Below, one piece after another: positions 39,908 to 51,475 of a stretch of DNA of 64,000 bases. Made by a program: the position numbers and the translations under genes. This DNA is from a bacterium (GTDB lineage: Bacteria; Zhuqueibacterota; Zhuqueibacteria; Residuimicrobiales; Krinioviventaceae), in assembly GCA_963674595.2 (NCBI GenBank), contig CAXXFV010000016.1, positions 384,001-448,000 of the forward strand. The letters are read 5' to 3'. The notes below the pieces were generated by a model, which saw only the letters and a program-made list of their open reading frames with translations, had not been told where the DNA came from and made no database searches. The stretch's first letter is position 1. Each line of letters starts with the position of its first letter.

Positions 39908-40231
39908 CTAAACTGTCGCTTTTTTAAGTTTATTTTTTAATGTCTTTACTTTATGTCTCAGACGTTTGAGCTCCGTATAGTCTTGTTTGCTGAGGGCCTC
40001 GTCTCTCTGTTTTTTAAGTGATTTTATTTGGCTTTTAATTGACGTTTTATTTAGCCCGACCACCTCGTGATGGACATGCATGTCAATTTCGAGTGCCTCA
40101 CATATCCCTTTTACAAGATGCTCTTTGTGCATTGTGGTGTATCCGTGGACAGCGTCGTGATCAATACCGGATGCAATTTCTCTTAATTGGGCTGCTGTCA
40201 TCTTTTTGAGTTCTTCATAAGAAAGAGCCAT
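39908..40231 (-). CDS. Small basic protein with a Rho-N-terminal-like domain and coiled-coil tail
   Basis: EELKKMTAAQLREIA...GYTTMHKEHLV; perfect AGGAGGT RBS. Confidence 0.7.
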   Translation of the reverse strand: MALSYEELKKMTAAQLREIASGIDHDAVHGYTTMHKEHLVKGICEALEIDMHVHHEVVGLNKTSIKSQIKSLKKQRDEALSKQDYTELKRLRHKVKTLKNKLKKATV

Positions 40232-40528
40232 ATTTGACCTCCTGTTAAGAAAAGATGCAAGAAAGAATATTAAGCAGTTTTAGATATATTCCAAAATGAT
40301 TAATTATTATCTTGACGATTTTTTTTAACCAAAATTCGAGGCTGGAAGACGCTTGTGTCATTAATATTTGTTCACCATGATATGTATATTTTCAATTTAA
40401 AATATTCGTAAAAAAATGCAAGAAAAATTGTCCTGTTTGTTTGAAACGTTTAAGTTGCATAGTCAAACATCATTTGTTATATTTGAACAACCAGATATTG
40501 TCAAGTTATTGGAAGGAGGTTTGATAAA

Positions 40529-41437
40529 ATGAGTAAACAAATATCACGACGTGAATTCGCTAAAAGAACAATAGTCGCCGGTATGGGAACGCTTGGTATT
40601 TCTCCTGTTTTGTCTTGTGTGAAAAAACAAAATCAACTTCCCGGTGATAATATGCGTTTGGGCTTTGTTACTTATTTATGGGGAAAAGATTGGGACCTGC
40701 CAACTGTTATAGCCAATTGTGCAGAGGCAAGATTTGCCGGTGTTGAACTGCGTACAAAACATGCACATGGCGTGGAACCGACATTAAATAAGGCCCAAAG
40801 AGCAGAAGTTGCCAAACGTTTTGCTGATAGTCCTGTAACCTGCGTTGGGTATGGGTCAAATCAGGAATTCCATTCACCTGACCCACAAATTTTAGAAAAA
40901 AATATCCGGGACAGTTTCGAGCTTGTTAAACTGTGTCATGATATCGGCGCTTCCGGATTAAAAGTTAAACCAAATACATTACCGAAAGAGATTGCTCCGG
41001 AAAAAACAATTGAACAAATCGGATTGTCTCTCAATAAAATTGGTAAATTTGCTGCTGACTATGGTCAGCAAATACGTGTTGAAGTTCACGGACGTATAAC
41101 TTCGGAACTCCCGAATATGAAGGCCATTTTTGAACATGTTGACCAACCCAATGTCGGTATGTGCTGGAATTGTAATGGAGAGGACCTTTTACCTCCGGGA
41201 TTGGAAGGTAATTTTAATTTGGTTAAGGACAGATTCGGCAATACGGTCCATGTACGCGAACTCAACTCGGATAATTATCCCTATCAGGAGCTGTTTAACC
41301 TTTTTGTGGCAATGGATTACCAGGGATGGATTCTGCTGGAAGCACGGACCGATCCTGAAGATAAAGTAACCGCAATGAAAGAACAATTTGCTCTCTTTAA
41401 TACTATGATAGAAAATGCACGTTCTGCCAAAGGCTAG
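40529..41437 (+). CDS. Tat-exported sugar-phosphate isomerase/epimerase (xylose-isomerase-like TIM barrel)
   Basis: SRREF twin-arginine leader; GVELR, VEVHG, VHVRE and YQGWILLE. Confidence 0.82.
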   Translation: MSKQISRREFAKRTIVAGMGTLGISPVLSCVKKQNQLPGDNMRLGFVTYLWGKDWDLPTVIANCAEARFAGVELRTKHAHGVEPTLNKAQRAEVAKRFADSPVTCVGYGSNQEFHSPDPQILEKNIRDSFELVKLCHDIGASGLKVKPNTLPKEIAPEKTIEQIGLSLNKIGKFAADYGQQIRVEVHGRITSELPNMKAIFEHVDQPNVGMCWNCNGEDLLPPGLEGNFNLVKDRFGNTVHVRELNSDNYPYQELFNLFVAMDYQGWILLEARTDPEDKVTAMKEQFALFNTMIENARSAKG

Positions 41438-41508
41438 ACAATAAATTACAAAATTAAATAATAATCGGGACAGCGTCCCCGGATTTTATTAAGACCAGAG
41501 TAACAGCT

Positions 41509-42513
41509 TTGATTAAAAATATTTTCGTTTCCAGATTACGTTTTATGGGGGATATCATTTTAACAACACCTTTATTGCAGGCTTTGTCAAAAGCATATCC
41601 CGACGCAAAAATAACCTATGTTACAGAAGAACCTTTCCATCAATTGTTGGAAAACCACCCTTATGTTGATCGTATTATTGCATTGAAAAAAACAACATGG
41701 GGGCAGATAGAGGTTATTGGGAAATTGATTTGCGGCCGGTATGATATTGCGATAGACTTGTTCGGGAATCCGCGGGCTGCTTTACTGACCTGGCTAAGCG
41801 GTGCAAAGATACGAATCGGCGGCGATTTCCGGGGAAGAAAACATTTTTATACACACACAATAAAAAGCAGTCATGAAACAAAAACCGCTGTTCAATTTCA
41901 TTTGGATTATTTGAAACCATTAAACATTGAACCGGTCGAAAAAAAGCCTTTTATTGTCATCACAGAAGAAGAGTCCCGGGCTGAATATTATTTAAAAGAA
42001 AAAGGTTTTGACCTTGACCGACCGATCATCGGCATCCATCCCGGTGCAACTTGGCCGGCAAAAAAATGGCTGCCTGAACGATTTGCAGCCCTGGCAGACA
42101 AGCTGGTTACTGAAAAGTCCTTACAGGTTTTATTTACTATGGGCCCTGGTGAAGAGGATTTGGTAAAATCTGTTCTGTCCGGGTGCCGTGAAAAATTTAT
42201 TATGCCTGAGGTTTTACCTCTGCGTCAACTGGCTGCAATACAGAAAAAAATGATAGCGTTTATTTCAAATGATTGTGGTGTTATGCATTTGGCGCCGGCT
42301 GTTGGAACACCCACGATTGGAATTTTTGGACCGGGAGAACCGGAAATTTGGTTCCCTTATGACGAAAAAGACGGGCATCAGTTGGTTTATCATGAATTAG
42401 ATTGCAGCCGCTGTCATCAGGATTTTTGTGATAAACTCGATTGTATGAAATCAATTACTGTTGATGATGTGTTTTATAAAGTTGAAAAAATATTGGAAAA
42501 ATATGATAATTGA
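41509..42513 (+). CDS. Glycosyltransferase family 9 (heptosyltransferase-like)
   Basis: MGDIILTTP, HPGATWPAKKW and NDCGVMHLA...GIFGP. Confidence 0.9.
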   Translation: MIKNIFVSRLRFMGDIILTTPLLQALSKAYPDAKITYVTEEPFHQLLENHPYVDRIIALKKTTWGQIEVIGKLICGRYDIAIDLFGNPRAALLTWLSGAKIRIGGDFRGRKHFYTHTIKSSHETKTAVQFHLDYLKPLNIEPVEKKPFIVITEEESRAEYYLKEKGFDLDRPIIGIHPGATWPAKKWLPERFAALADKLVTEKSLQVLFTMGPGEEDLVKSVLSGCREKFIMPEVLPLRQLAAIQKKMIAFISNDCGVMHLAPAVGTPTIGIFGPGEPEIWFPYDEKDGHQLVYHELDCSRCHQDFCDKLDCMKSITVDDVFYKVEKILEKYDN

Positions 42514-43010
42514 GCTCTAATCTACCACATATAATTATAGACGGATATAATTTCATTTTGAGAATGTACAGAATCAATTGGGAAAATGAATCCGCCCTGT
42601 GGCATGCAAGAGAAGATTTAATACGAAAATCAATTGCTTTTCGCGGCAATAAAAGAATAAAGATAACCATTGTATTCGACGGACAGGATATAAAGCAAAT
42701 TGGTAAAATTGCCCGTCCATCCGGCATCAGTGTTGTTTTTTCCCAAGCTCCCCAAAAAGCTGATCCGTTAATTTTGAATATGATAAAATCGGCAAAACAA
42801 TCCAGAAACATTACCCTGGTTACTTCGGACAAAGTTTTACAGCGGGACGCCCGTTTTTACGGGTGCCATGTCTGGAGCGTGAACCAACTGAATCTAAAGT
42901 TTTCACATTTTCAGGAAACGGATGAATTACAGCAAAAATACAATTCATCCATGAGCCAACAAGAACTTGAAGAGTGGCTGCGTATATTTGGAAAAGAGCC
43001 GGATGAATAA
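42510..43010 (+). CDS. YacP-like NYN-domain RNase
   Basis: IIDGYN, IVFDG, ADPLI and LVTSD. Confidence 0.85.
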   Translation: MSSNLPHIIIDGYNFILRMYRINWENESALWHAREDLIRKSIAFRGNKRIKITIVFDGQDIKQIGKIARPSGISVVFSQAPQKADPLILNMIKSAKQSRNITLVTSDKVLQRDARFYGCHVWSVNQLNLKFSHFQETDELQQKYNSSMSQQELEEWLRIFGKEPDE

Positions 43011-44361
43011 AAGTGATTCAAAAATAGTTACATTCCGTTCTTCAGGCATGTTCCGGCAAAAAAAAATTTATGTAATGACCGTTCTGGTTGTTACTTTTTT
43101 GGTTTTATTTTTGATAAACGCAGGAAGTTACTTTTTTATCCGGCAAATCGACAAACACCTGGAATCTTCTCTGGATGCCCGCCTGGTGACGGTGGCCAAT
43201 TTTGCGGCAGATCAATTACACTATGATATTCATGATATATTTAATGTAACGGATCATGCCGACATTCAGGCTTTTTTGAATTATTTAAAAACAAATTATG
43301 ATTTGGAATCTGCCTATATAATCGATTCAACCCGATATGTTTTAATAGATTCGGATTTTAATTATGATTTTTCTTCAAATCGTAATTATTTGGCAAGAGA
43401 TAGTCTGGCTATTCAATCCGCTTTAAACGGGATGACCACAACGTCCCAATTATATTCTATCGCAGACCAAAAGTTTAAAAATGTATATACACCTCTTATT
43501 GATGCGCAGGGCAATATAATTATACTTGTTCTGGAAGCCGGCGTTGATTATTTTAATATTATTCAGTTTTTTCAAAGGGGTTTATATATTGGTTCTGTAA
43601 TCAGCCTTGCACTTTTTGTATTTTTAACAATTTTTTTATCTCTGGCCACGCGGGTGTTTTTGCATACCGAAGCTCGATTGATTCAGGCCCGGCGTTTAGC
43701 GGCTTTGGGACAGATGGCGGCGACTGTTGCTCATGAAATTCGAAATCCTTTGGGAATTATAAAAAGTACTTCGGACGTGTTGCGGGAAAAATATGACAAA
43801 TCCGGAACAAAAGATGAATTGTTTGGATTTATTGACGATGAAATAAATCGGCTCAATCGTTTGGTGTGTGATTTTTTATCTTTTTCCCGGGAACCGGTGT
43901 TGAATCTTGCCCAATATAATCTTTGTCAGCTTGTCAGGAATGTTATTAATTCTGTTAATTTGTCCCATGAAGAAAATGTGAATTTGAGTTTGGATTGTGA
44001 AAAAGAGGATATTGGCGCATTTTGCGACGCAGATGCTGTTGAACAGGTTTTACTAAATTTGACTTATAATGCCGTTCATGCCGTAAAAGACATAAAGGGC
44101 CGGGTTCATATTTATATTCAAAGAATTAAAATAAAGGGCAAACCTTTTGCACAGGTACGTATATCTGATAACGGGCCTGGTTTAAAAGATGGTGCTGCCA
44201 AAATTTTCGAGCCTTTTTACACAACAAAAACAACAGGCTCAGGTTTGGGACTGGCAGTTTGCCGTTCAATTATCGAAAAACATAACGGAACAATCAGTGC
44301 TGAAAACGATCCGCAAGGCGGTGCTGTTTTTACATTTTCAATTCCGCAGGATGAAAGATAA
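42967..44361 (+). CDS. Membrane sensor histidine kinase (start probably 43003)
   Basis: Two TM segments; AHEIRNPL, NLTYNA, DNGPG and GSGLGL. Confidence 0.9.
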   Translation: MKSGCVYLEKSRMNKSDSKIVTFRSSGMFRQKKIYVMTVLVVTFLVLFLINAGSYFFIRQIDKHLESSLDARLVTVANFAADQLHYDIHDIFNVTDHADIQAFLNYLKTNYDLESAYIIDSTRYVLIDSDFNYDFSSNRNYLARDSLAIQSALNGMTTTSQLYSIADQKFKNVYTPLIDAQGNIIILVLEAGVDYFNIIQFFQRGLYIGSVISLALFVFLTIFLSLATRVFLHTEARLIQARRLAALGQMAATVAHEIRNPLGIIKSTSDVLREKYDKSGTKDELFGFIDDEINRLNRLVCDFLSFSREPVLNLAQYNLCQLVRNVINSVNLSHEENVNLSLDCEKEDIGAFCDADAVEQVLLNLTYNAVHAVKDIKGRVHIYIQRIKIKGKPFAQVRISDNGPGLKDGAAKIFEPFYTTKTTGSGLGLAVCRSIIEKHNGTISAENDPQGGAVFTFSIPQDER

Positions 44362-44363
44362 AT

Positions 44364-45721
44364 ATGGAAAAAGCAAAATTACTAATTGTTGATGATGAAC
44401 GTCGAATGTGTATTGTTTTAAAAACAGCATTCGAAAATTCAAATTACCTGGTAACAACAGCCAATAGCGGTGAATCGGCACTGGCTGCCATGTCTGTTGA
44501 AACCTTTGACGTTATTATTTCCGACGTTAAAATGCCCGGTATAAACGGTTTGGAACTGCTGCAAAAGACAATGGAAAAGTGTCCGGAAACCCGGGTATTG
44601 CTTATGACGGCTTATGCTGATACCCAAACAGCGGTCGATGCGATGAAAAACGGAGCCTATGATTATATAATCAAACCTTTTAATATTGATGAACTACGTC
44701 ATAAAGTAGCCAATATTTTGGAAAATCGCTCCTTACGCAAAGAAAATCAGGAGCTTAAACAAAAATTAAAAAATCAGTTTTCTGTCGGACAACTTGTTGG
44801 TAAAAGTAAAGCCATGCGTCATGTTTACCAGTTGGTTGATAAAGTGGCACAAACCGATGCTTCCGTTATTATAAGAGGAGAAAGCGGAACAGGAAAGGAA
44901 CTGATTGCCCAGGCCATTCATGAAATGAGCCCCCGCAAGGACGAACCTTTTCTTCCGGTAAATTGCAGTGCCTTGCCGGAAAATTTACTTGAAAGTGAAT
45001 TATTTGGATATGAAAAAGGCGCATTTACCGGAGCAGATAAATTAAAACCCGGACTTTTTGAAGCCGCCGGGGGTGGCACGATTTTTCTGGATGAAATCGG
45101 TGAAATATCATTGTCAACTCAGGTCAAATTGCTGCGGGTACTGCAGTCCAAAGAGGTTGTGCATCTGGGCGGTTCACAAACCCTTCCGGTCCATGCGCGG
45201 ATGATTGCCGCCACAAACCGTAATTGGAAGAGGCTGTTAAAGACGGTTCCTTTCGTGAGGATTTTTATTATCGTATTAATGTTTTTCCTGTATTTTTACC
45301 GGCCTTGCGGGACAAAAAACAGGACATTCCGGACCTGGTTGCTCATTTTTTGGTGTTGCAGGGGAAAAACGCAAACCACATTGATCCAAAGGCGATGGAC
45401 CTTTTGATTCAATACCATTGGCCCGGAAATGTTCGGGAATTGGAAAATATCATCCAACGTTCCTTGATTATGGCGGGCGATCAACAAATAACAGTTTCTG
45501 ATTTACCCCCATATTTACGAGGTGAATCAGAAGCACCGCTGAAAAATAATATACAGGATGAAGAGTTGACCCTCGACGAAATGGAATGGCGAATGATCCA
45601 GCGCGCCCTGACGAAAACTAAAGGTAACAAATCCAAAGCCGCTGAATTGTTGGGTATTACAAGACGCCAGCTCTATTCAAAAACAGAACGGTTGATGAAA
45701 TTGTTTTCGGTTTCCCGTTAA
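44364..45721 (+). CDS. Sigma54-dependent response regulator (AtoC/ZraR-like), split by a one-base frameshift near 45223
   Basis: REC, GESGTGKE and GAFTGA in the first frame. After ATNRN the expected LEEAV..G.FREDFYYR...WPGNVREL-HTH continues in another frame. Confidence 0.88.
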
Positions 45722-48002
45722 AATTCAGCGCTGATTCCGACTGATGGTAATATGCCGATACTGTTCCTGTCTTCAATTTCTCCTGTATATGCATTATAGG
45801 AAGGAACATTAACAGCTTTTCTGTTATAGACATTCTGAATATCGATATAGGTGATCAGAGTTGTTTTAGTTAAAAACCAGCGTTTGTCTATCCGGATATC
45901 CAAAAAGTGGTTGTCTTTAATTCGGGCCGTATTATAGTTTTTCGGGGTTTTGCTGATATCCGCATTAAAGGGCGTATAGGGTCTGCCGGTTGCATATCGA
46001 AAACGTGCCGAGACCTCCCATTTCGGGTTTATCACATACCCGCCGCCGATATTAAAAATCCATCTCTGATCAAAATTAGATGGTCTTTCAATACCATCCA
46101 GCGATTTAAATTTTGTCTGACTAAAGTTGATGCTCCAGGTCCCGTACACCGGCGAGTCTGAAAATTTTTTTTGACCAAAAAATTCAATGCCCTGGGAAAA
46201 GCCTGTGCCGACAGGGGAGAGGGGATCGATACCAAATGATACAAATCCCTCTTCGCTGCCGCCGAATCCGGCTCCTGTATTTGCCATCACCAAATAGGGC
46301 CGTGTAAGGCTTGCCGGATAATCAATATATTTTTTGTGATACATTTCAATATTTACCTGCATGTCTTCGGTGACCAAATGTGAAATGCCAAAAATATATT
46401 GGTTTGCTGCAATAAATTTTAGTTGCTGATTTATTTCATCAGCCGCCACCCAAATATAGGAGGGGGATTGATAAAAGCGTCCAATAGCTGTCTTTATGGA
46501 TGTTAATTCTGACAATTTGTAAGACATGGAAAACCGCGCGGCTGTTACCCCAATTTTTCTGGATCATGTTAAAATAATCGGACCGTACGCCCAGGTTTAA
46601 AGTCAGTCGGGCAATGTCTTGCGATACCTGCGCCCAAAAGGCTGCTTTTTTGGCTGATTTTTCATATTGTCTGTTAATACTTGTTGTATACCCGTAATAA
46701 TCTGTAAAATCAGGTAAAAAAAAGTCGGTCGTAAAACGGACCCTTTGTCCCTGCATACCGAAATTAAATTCTGTGCTGTTTGTTGGGAAATAATTAAAAT
46801 TAAAAATGGCGGAATTTTCTCTCTCAAGAGAATTATTTTTCAAGATGTACTGTTGTGTTGTGTCCTTTTGGAAATATTTAAAATCGACCTGGTTTTGTGA
46901 TAATGTTAATGTATAAAATCCACGTGGCAAAATATGTTTCCATGTGGAACCGAAAATATATTGATTTTGTTTGCTGCCCATTATTTGCGAATTTGTAACA
47001 AGATTTTCCCGTGTGTCATTAAAAAATTTTGTATTATCCAGTGCGGCTATGCCAAGTATGCTGATTTCATTGTTCTTGTCGATTTTATAATTTACCTTGC
47101 TCAAAAAATCCCAATATTCCGGGACAAACCCAAAACCGGACGCTTTGAAGATAAAATCGAGATAACTGCGTCGTGCTGAAAACAAAAATGATCCGTTTTT
47201 ATTGATTGGTCCTTCCAAATCGAAACCGAATTGTGAAGCTGAAATTGTAGCCTTTCCACCGATTTTATCAGTCCTTCCTTTATCCAGGTCTATTTTTAAA
47301 ACGGATGAAATTTTATCCCCATAATTAACCCCAAAACCTCCACTGGAAAAGGTTGTGGATTTCACGAAATCAAGATTGATAAAGCTTATGGGGCCTCCGC
47401 TTGAACCCTGCGTGCCGAAATGATTGATATTGGGAACAGGGATTCCGTCAACAATAAACAGGTTCTCTGACGGTGCCACCGCCGCGAACGATCAGATCAT
47501 TTCTGCCTCCCTGTACCTGCGCAACACCGGGTAAGATGGATATCGCCCGGACAACATCTTCCAGTCCTCCGGGTAGACGTCGAATCTCTTCATTGAATTG
47601 CCCCAAGGTACTGGTGATTTTGTTAGAGTAGTTTGTAAAATACTGAGGCTTAACCGTCAGCGCATCAAATTCGATAACAGTGTCATCAAGCAAAAAATCA
47701 ATGACAACCGGTTTTGCCGGATTAATAACAATATCCGTGACAGTTTCCGGTTTATAGCCGATAACAGTGGCGGTGATGCTGTAGGTACCAACAGGAACAT
47801 TTTTAATAACAAAATTTCCTTCGGAACCTGCTGCTGCTCCGTAGGTGGTTCCATTAACAATAATATTGGCGCCCGCAAGCGCTTCATTAGTGGTTTGGTC
47901 TTTTACTGTTCCTGTAATATTGCCTGTTTGCGAGTAAAGATTATATATTGGTATAAATAACGTTAATAAAATGAGTATTTGTATTGTATTTTTACTGTTC
48001 AT
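45718..48002 (-). CDS. TonB-dependent receptor with a carboxypeptidase-regulatory-like N-domain, split by two frameshifts (~47478, ~46548)
   Basis: Three consecutive ORFs join into IVRGG[APSEN]...DGIPVPNINHF (plug) and a barrel ending PSVGISAEF. Confidence 0.82.
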
Positions 48003-48204
48003 ATTTTCCTTTTAAAGTTTTTTGAAAATACAAACAGCAGATGTTTTTTTATTATTCCCTTATAATACCCGAAATTATGTATGAATATGTCAATGAGGCA
48101 TTTTGTATGTTAAGAGAATTTTGATGTTTTATAGAGATTGATTAAAGAAAACGATTCGAAAACATGGTATATTTTAAGAGGATTGAAAATGTTGTGACGC
48201 CTTT

Positions 48205-48244
48205 AAAAAGCCAGAGCAGGATTTTTACCTGCTCTGGCTTTTTT
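48205..48244. terminator. Bidirectional intrinsic terminator
   Basis: AAAAAGCCAGAGCAGG-atttt ta-CCTGCTCTGGCTTTTTT. Confidence 0.88.
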
Positions 48245-48282
48245 GTCAGTTGTGAGTTCATTGAGGAAAGAACCATGAAAAA

Positions 48283-50706
48283 TTATTTTATATCAAATGA
48301 AATTCCACCATATACCATTGTTCCGTATAACGGTGCATAAATAAATGCTGCGTCATCCAGGTGTTTTTCATCCTGCACATAGTTAAAAATATTATCAACA
48401 CCGATATATAATTTGTATTGACTGATTTGTTTTGATGCTCGGGCATTAAAAAGCATAAAGGGGTCGGTTTTTTTAATTTTTGACATATCACCAACTTCCG
48501 GGTCAATCTCTTCATTGTAATAGTCAATGTACATTTTACCCTGATAATTACCGGATACTACAAAACTCCAGCTTTTTGGATTGTATTCACATTTAATATT
48601 TCCGGTGGTTTGGGGAAATCTTGATATATATTTGCTGTCATCTTCATATTGGGTCCCTTGCCAGTCTGCACGGGTATTATTATATTCACCCTGATTATAG
48701 GTGAAATCAACTCCCATATCCAGGTTTTGAGCCAGGTTTGTCATCACTGAAAGCTCAATACCCTGAACAAATGCATCATCTATATTTTCCCATTGATAAT
48801 CATAACCAAATGCGGCAACAGATGCATCTGCATCAGAAAAGGCTATTTTGTCTTTCAAATCAGTCCGAAATATATTGGTGCTGAGTCGAATTTTGTTTCC
48901 ATAATAATCGGCTGACAGATTATAGCTCATAGATGTTTCCGGTTCCAGGTCTGATGATTTCCATACACGTGGAGAACCACTGCATAAATGTAAATCCTCT
49001 GAAAAGCCATAAGGTGCCCGGAAGCCTGTGCCGGTATTGGCGCGCAGAGTTAATTTTTCTGAAAGGGCATATTTAACGGCAATTCGTGGATTAATACTGG
49101 TTTCATTATAATCTGTTTCAGGAAAAGTAGCGCTGTCAAAAACCTTTCTGTCTGATTTATAGGACTCGCTGGAGTGATGATGGTCAAATCGTACACCCGG
49201 CACAAATGTCAGGACCGGTGTGGCGTTCCATTCATCCTGGATAAATGCACCGATTTCCCGTGCTGATTTATCACTGGTAGACCGATAAGAATCGCCAAGG
49301 TATTGGCTTTCCGGATTTACGACAACATACATTCCGGATTCTTCCAGTTCATCAAAATAGGATTGTACTCCAAAAAGTAAATTATGTTGTTTCGCTGTTG
49401 TACCAAGGGTCAATGTTGCCGCATAGGAATTTTCTTTAGCTAAATAAGGGCGCATGTCCCTTAAATCCGGAACATTCCCATCATGTGTATCCATATAATC
49501 ACCCAGATACGAGTCATTTGTGGCGTCTCTGTTATGGTTGACGTAAGATAAGTTAAAATTTAACTCGGAATTTTTTTGCACCGGCTTGCTGTAGCTCATT
49601 TCGCCTCTGTAGCGTTCCGTAGTTATGTTCTCTGTGCCGTCTGTCAGGGGATTTTTATAATAATCATCGTCCATTGTTCCGCCCTGACGTTTTTCAAAAA
49701 CAGATTTACCGCGAATAATTAGTTTGTCGTTTTTTGCAAAAGCATTGTTTATATACAAACCGAAACCCGCATTGGTTAAATTGCTGGCCACACGGTCGGA
49801 AATTCCATCTTTGTTTTTCACCATATCCTGTGATGTTCCGGGACCGGTTTCATCAATGGCATCACCGCTGACGCGTTGTGCAAAAATATTTATACCAATA
49901 TTACCTTTTTCGTTTCTCAAAGACGATGAAATGCTGTAATTTTTCGAGTTATATCGACCTGCCTGTAGATCAACTTTAATAGAAGGTTCAAATGACGGTT
50001 CTTTAGTAATTATGTTAATGGCCCCGGCCACAGCGCTGCTTCCGTATAACGCAGAACCTGCTCCTTTGACGACCTCTATCTGTCCGACGTCAACTGTACT
50101 TAGTTGTTCCAAACCATATACACTGGCCAAACCGGAATAAAGAGGTTGTCCGTTGATAAGGACCTGTGTATGTTCCGCACCAAGACCCTGCATACGAACC
50201 ATAGTGAAAGAACAATACTGGCACTGGCTTTCTACCCGAATACCCGGCATGCCTTCCAGGGCTTGAAAGATATTTTCGGCATTTTTGTTTTCAATTTCCC
50301 GCATGGTAATAACGTCTGTCCGCACAGGAACATCTTTGACATAGTGTTTTGTACGGGTTCCTGTCACCACTATTGCCTCCTGCTCCAACACATCTTCTTC
50401 CAGAATAAAGAAAAGATCAACAGCTTTTCCTTTTTCCATAAAAACTATTTTTTCCTGTGATTTATAACCGATGGCTTGTGCTGCAATTGTAACCTCACCC
50501 AACGGCAAATTGGCCAGCTTGTAATGTCCGGTTCCATCTGTTGCCGTTCCCATGGTTGTCCCTTTGACAATGATATTTACATAAGGCAAGTGCTCCCCTG
50601 TTATTTTTGATTTTACATCACCGAACAGCATGGCATCTGTTTTTTCTTGTGCAAAAACACCCGGGCTGCTTACTAAAACGCATAGTAAAAGTAACAATTT
50701 TTTCAT
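48283..50706 (-). CDS. TonB-dependent receptor with a CxxC plug motif
   Basis: IVVTGTRT, CQYCSF...RMQGL, IEVVKGAGSALYGSSAVAGAINIITK and TGFRAP. Confidence 0.92.
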   Translation of the reverse strand: MKKLLLLLCVLVSSPGVFAQEKTDAMLFGDVKSKITGEHLPYVNIIVKGTTMGTATDGTGHYKLANLPLGEVTIAAQAIGYKSQEKIVFMEKGKAVDLFFILEEDVLEQEAIVVTGTRTKHYVKDVPVRTDVITMREIENKNAENIFQALEGMPGIRVESQCQYCSFTMVRMQGLGAEHTQVLINGQPLYSGLASVYGLEQLSTVDVGQIEVVKGAGSALYGSSAVAGAINIITKEPSFEPSIKVDLQAGRYNSKNYSISSSLRNEKGNIGINIFAQRVSGDAIDETGPGTSQDMVKNKDGISDRVASNLTNAGFGLYINNAFAKNDKLIIRGKSVFEKRQGGTMDDDYYKNPLTDGTENITTERYRGEMSYSKPVQKNSELNFNLSYVNHNRDATNDSYLGDYMDTHDGNVPDLRDMRPYLAKENSYAATLTLGTTAKQHNLLFGVQSYFDELEESGMYVVVNPESQYLGDSYRSTSDKSAREIGAFIQDEWNATPVLTFVPGVRFDHHHSSESYKSDRKVFDSATFPETDYNETSINPRIAVKYALSEKLTLRANTGTGFRAPYGFSEDLHLCSGSPRVWKSSDLEPETSMSYNLSADYYGNKIRLSTNIFRTDLKDKIAFSDADASVAAFGYDYQWENIDDAFVQGIELSVMTNLAQNLDMGVDFTYNQGEYNNTRADWQGTQYEDDSKYISRFPQTTGNIKCEYNPKSWSFVVSGNYQGKMYIDYYNEEIDPEVGDMSKIKKTDPFMLFNARASKQISQYKLYIGVDNIFNYVQDEKHLDDAAFIYAPLYGTMVYGGISFDIK

Positions 50707-50875
50707 TAATCATTCTCCTGTTATTTTGATGGTTTAAAAATTAAAATATAGAATAATCAGGAGATCAATTCAATCGCGTGAAATAATGATTTTTTTAAAA
50801 ATTATAGCCTGAAATGGGGATATATAGGGAGGTTTTAAAAGCTGACAGATGTTTGGTAACAGTTAGTGAAAAAAA

Positions 50876-51475
50876 TTAACTCATATCCAGATAATCATCA
50901 ACATCGATAATATTATTAATAATACCATAAATTGCCAGGCCTGCTGTGGATTTTATGCCGAGTTTAGTGGAAATGTTTTTTCGGTGTGAAATAACGGTAT
51001 GGATACTGATAAACAATTCACCGGCAATTTGTTTGTTTGAAAGACCTCTAACAAGTAGTTTGAGTACGTCGTTTTCTCTGGTTGTTAGTTTATTCTTAAG
51101 TTTGTTTTTTGCAGGACCGGATAAATGGTTTTTAATCAGATTAATGATTGTTTCACGGTTATCTGAAATATAGATCAAATCTTCACACACGGTAGTGAGT
51201 TTTCTGTGATAGTGACTGGTTATAATTCCGAGGATTTTTGTGTTCCCAAGTTTTTCGTATATATCTTTAGGATCGGACAAATTATCGATGATTGAAGAAT
51301 TTATAATTGTCAGTCGTATTTCATTTTTTTCGCTAACGTCATCAACCTGGTCCAGCGTGGCATACTTGACAATATCAAAATTGCTGAAATTCTGTTCTAA
51401 AATCTGCGACAAGCCTTCCTGAATAATCTCTGAAGAATCTATAATAATGATTTTATTCCCGGTTTTAATCTTCAT
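50876..51475 (-). CDS. LuxR-family HTH regulator
   Basis: LTTRENDVLKLLVRGLSNKQIAGELFISIHTVISHRKNI; the ATG at 51475 overlaps the upstream stop region. Confidence 0.9.
   Translation of the reverse strand: MKIKTGNKIIIIDSSEIIQEGLSQILEQNFSNFDIVKYATLDQVDDVSEKNEIRLTIINSSIIDNLSDPKDIYEKLGNTKILGIITSHYHRKLTTVCEDLIYISDNRETIINLIKNHLSGPAKNKLKNKLTTRENDVLKLLVRGLSNKQIAGELFISIHTVISHRKNISTKLGIKSTAGLAIYGIINNIIDVDDYLDMS

Noticed and set aside
40442-40453. LacI-type operator TGAAACGTTTAA upstream of the isomerase gene
   Set aside because: Imperfect and short in AT-rich DNA, with no LacI gene in the window; too weak to call.
45718-48002. TonB receptor as a true pseudogene or programmed frameshift
   Set aside because: Only single-base indels, no in-frame decay and no canonical slippery heptamer; sequencing error is simpler.
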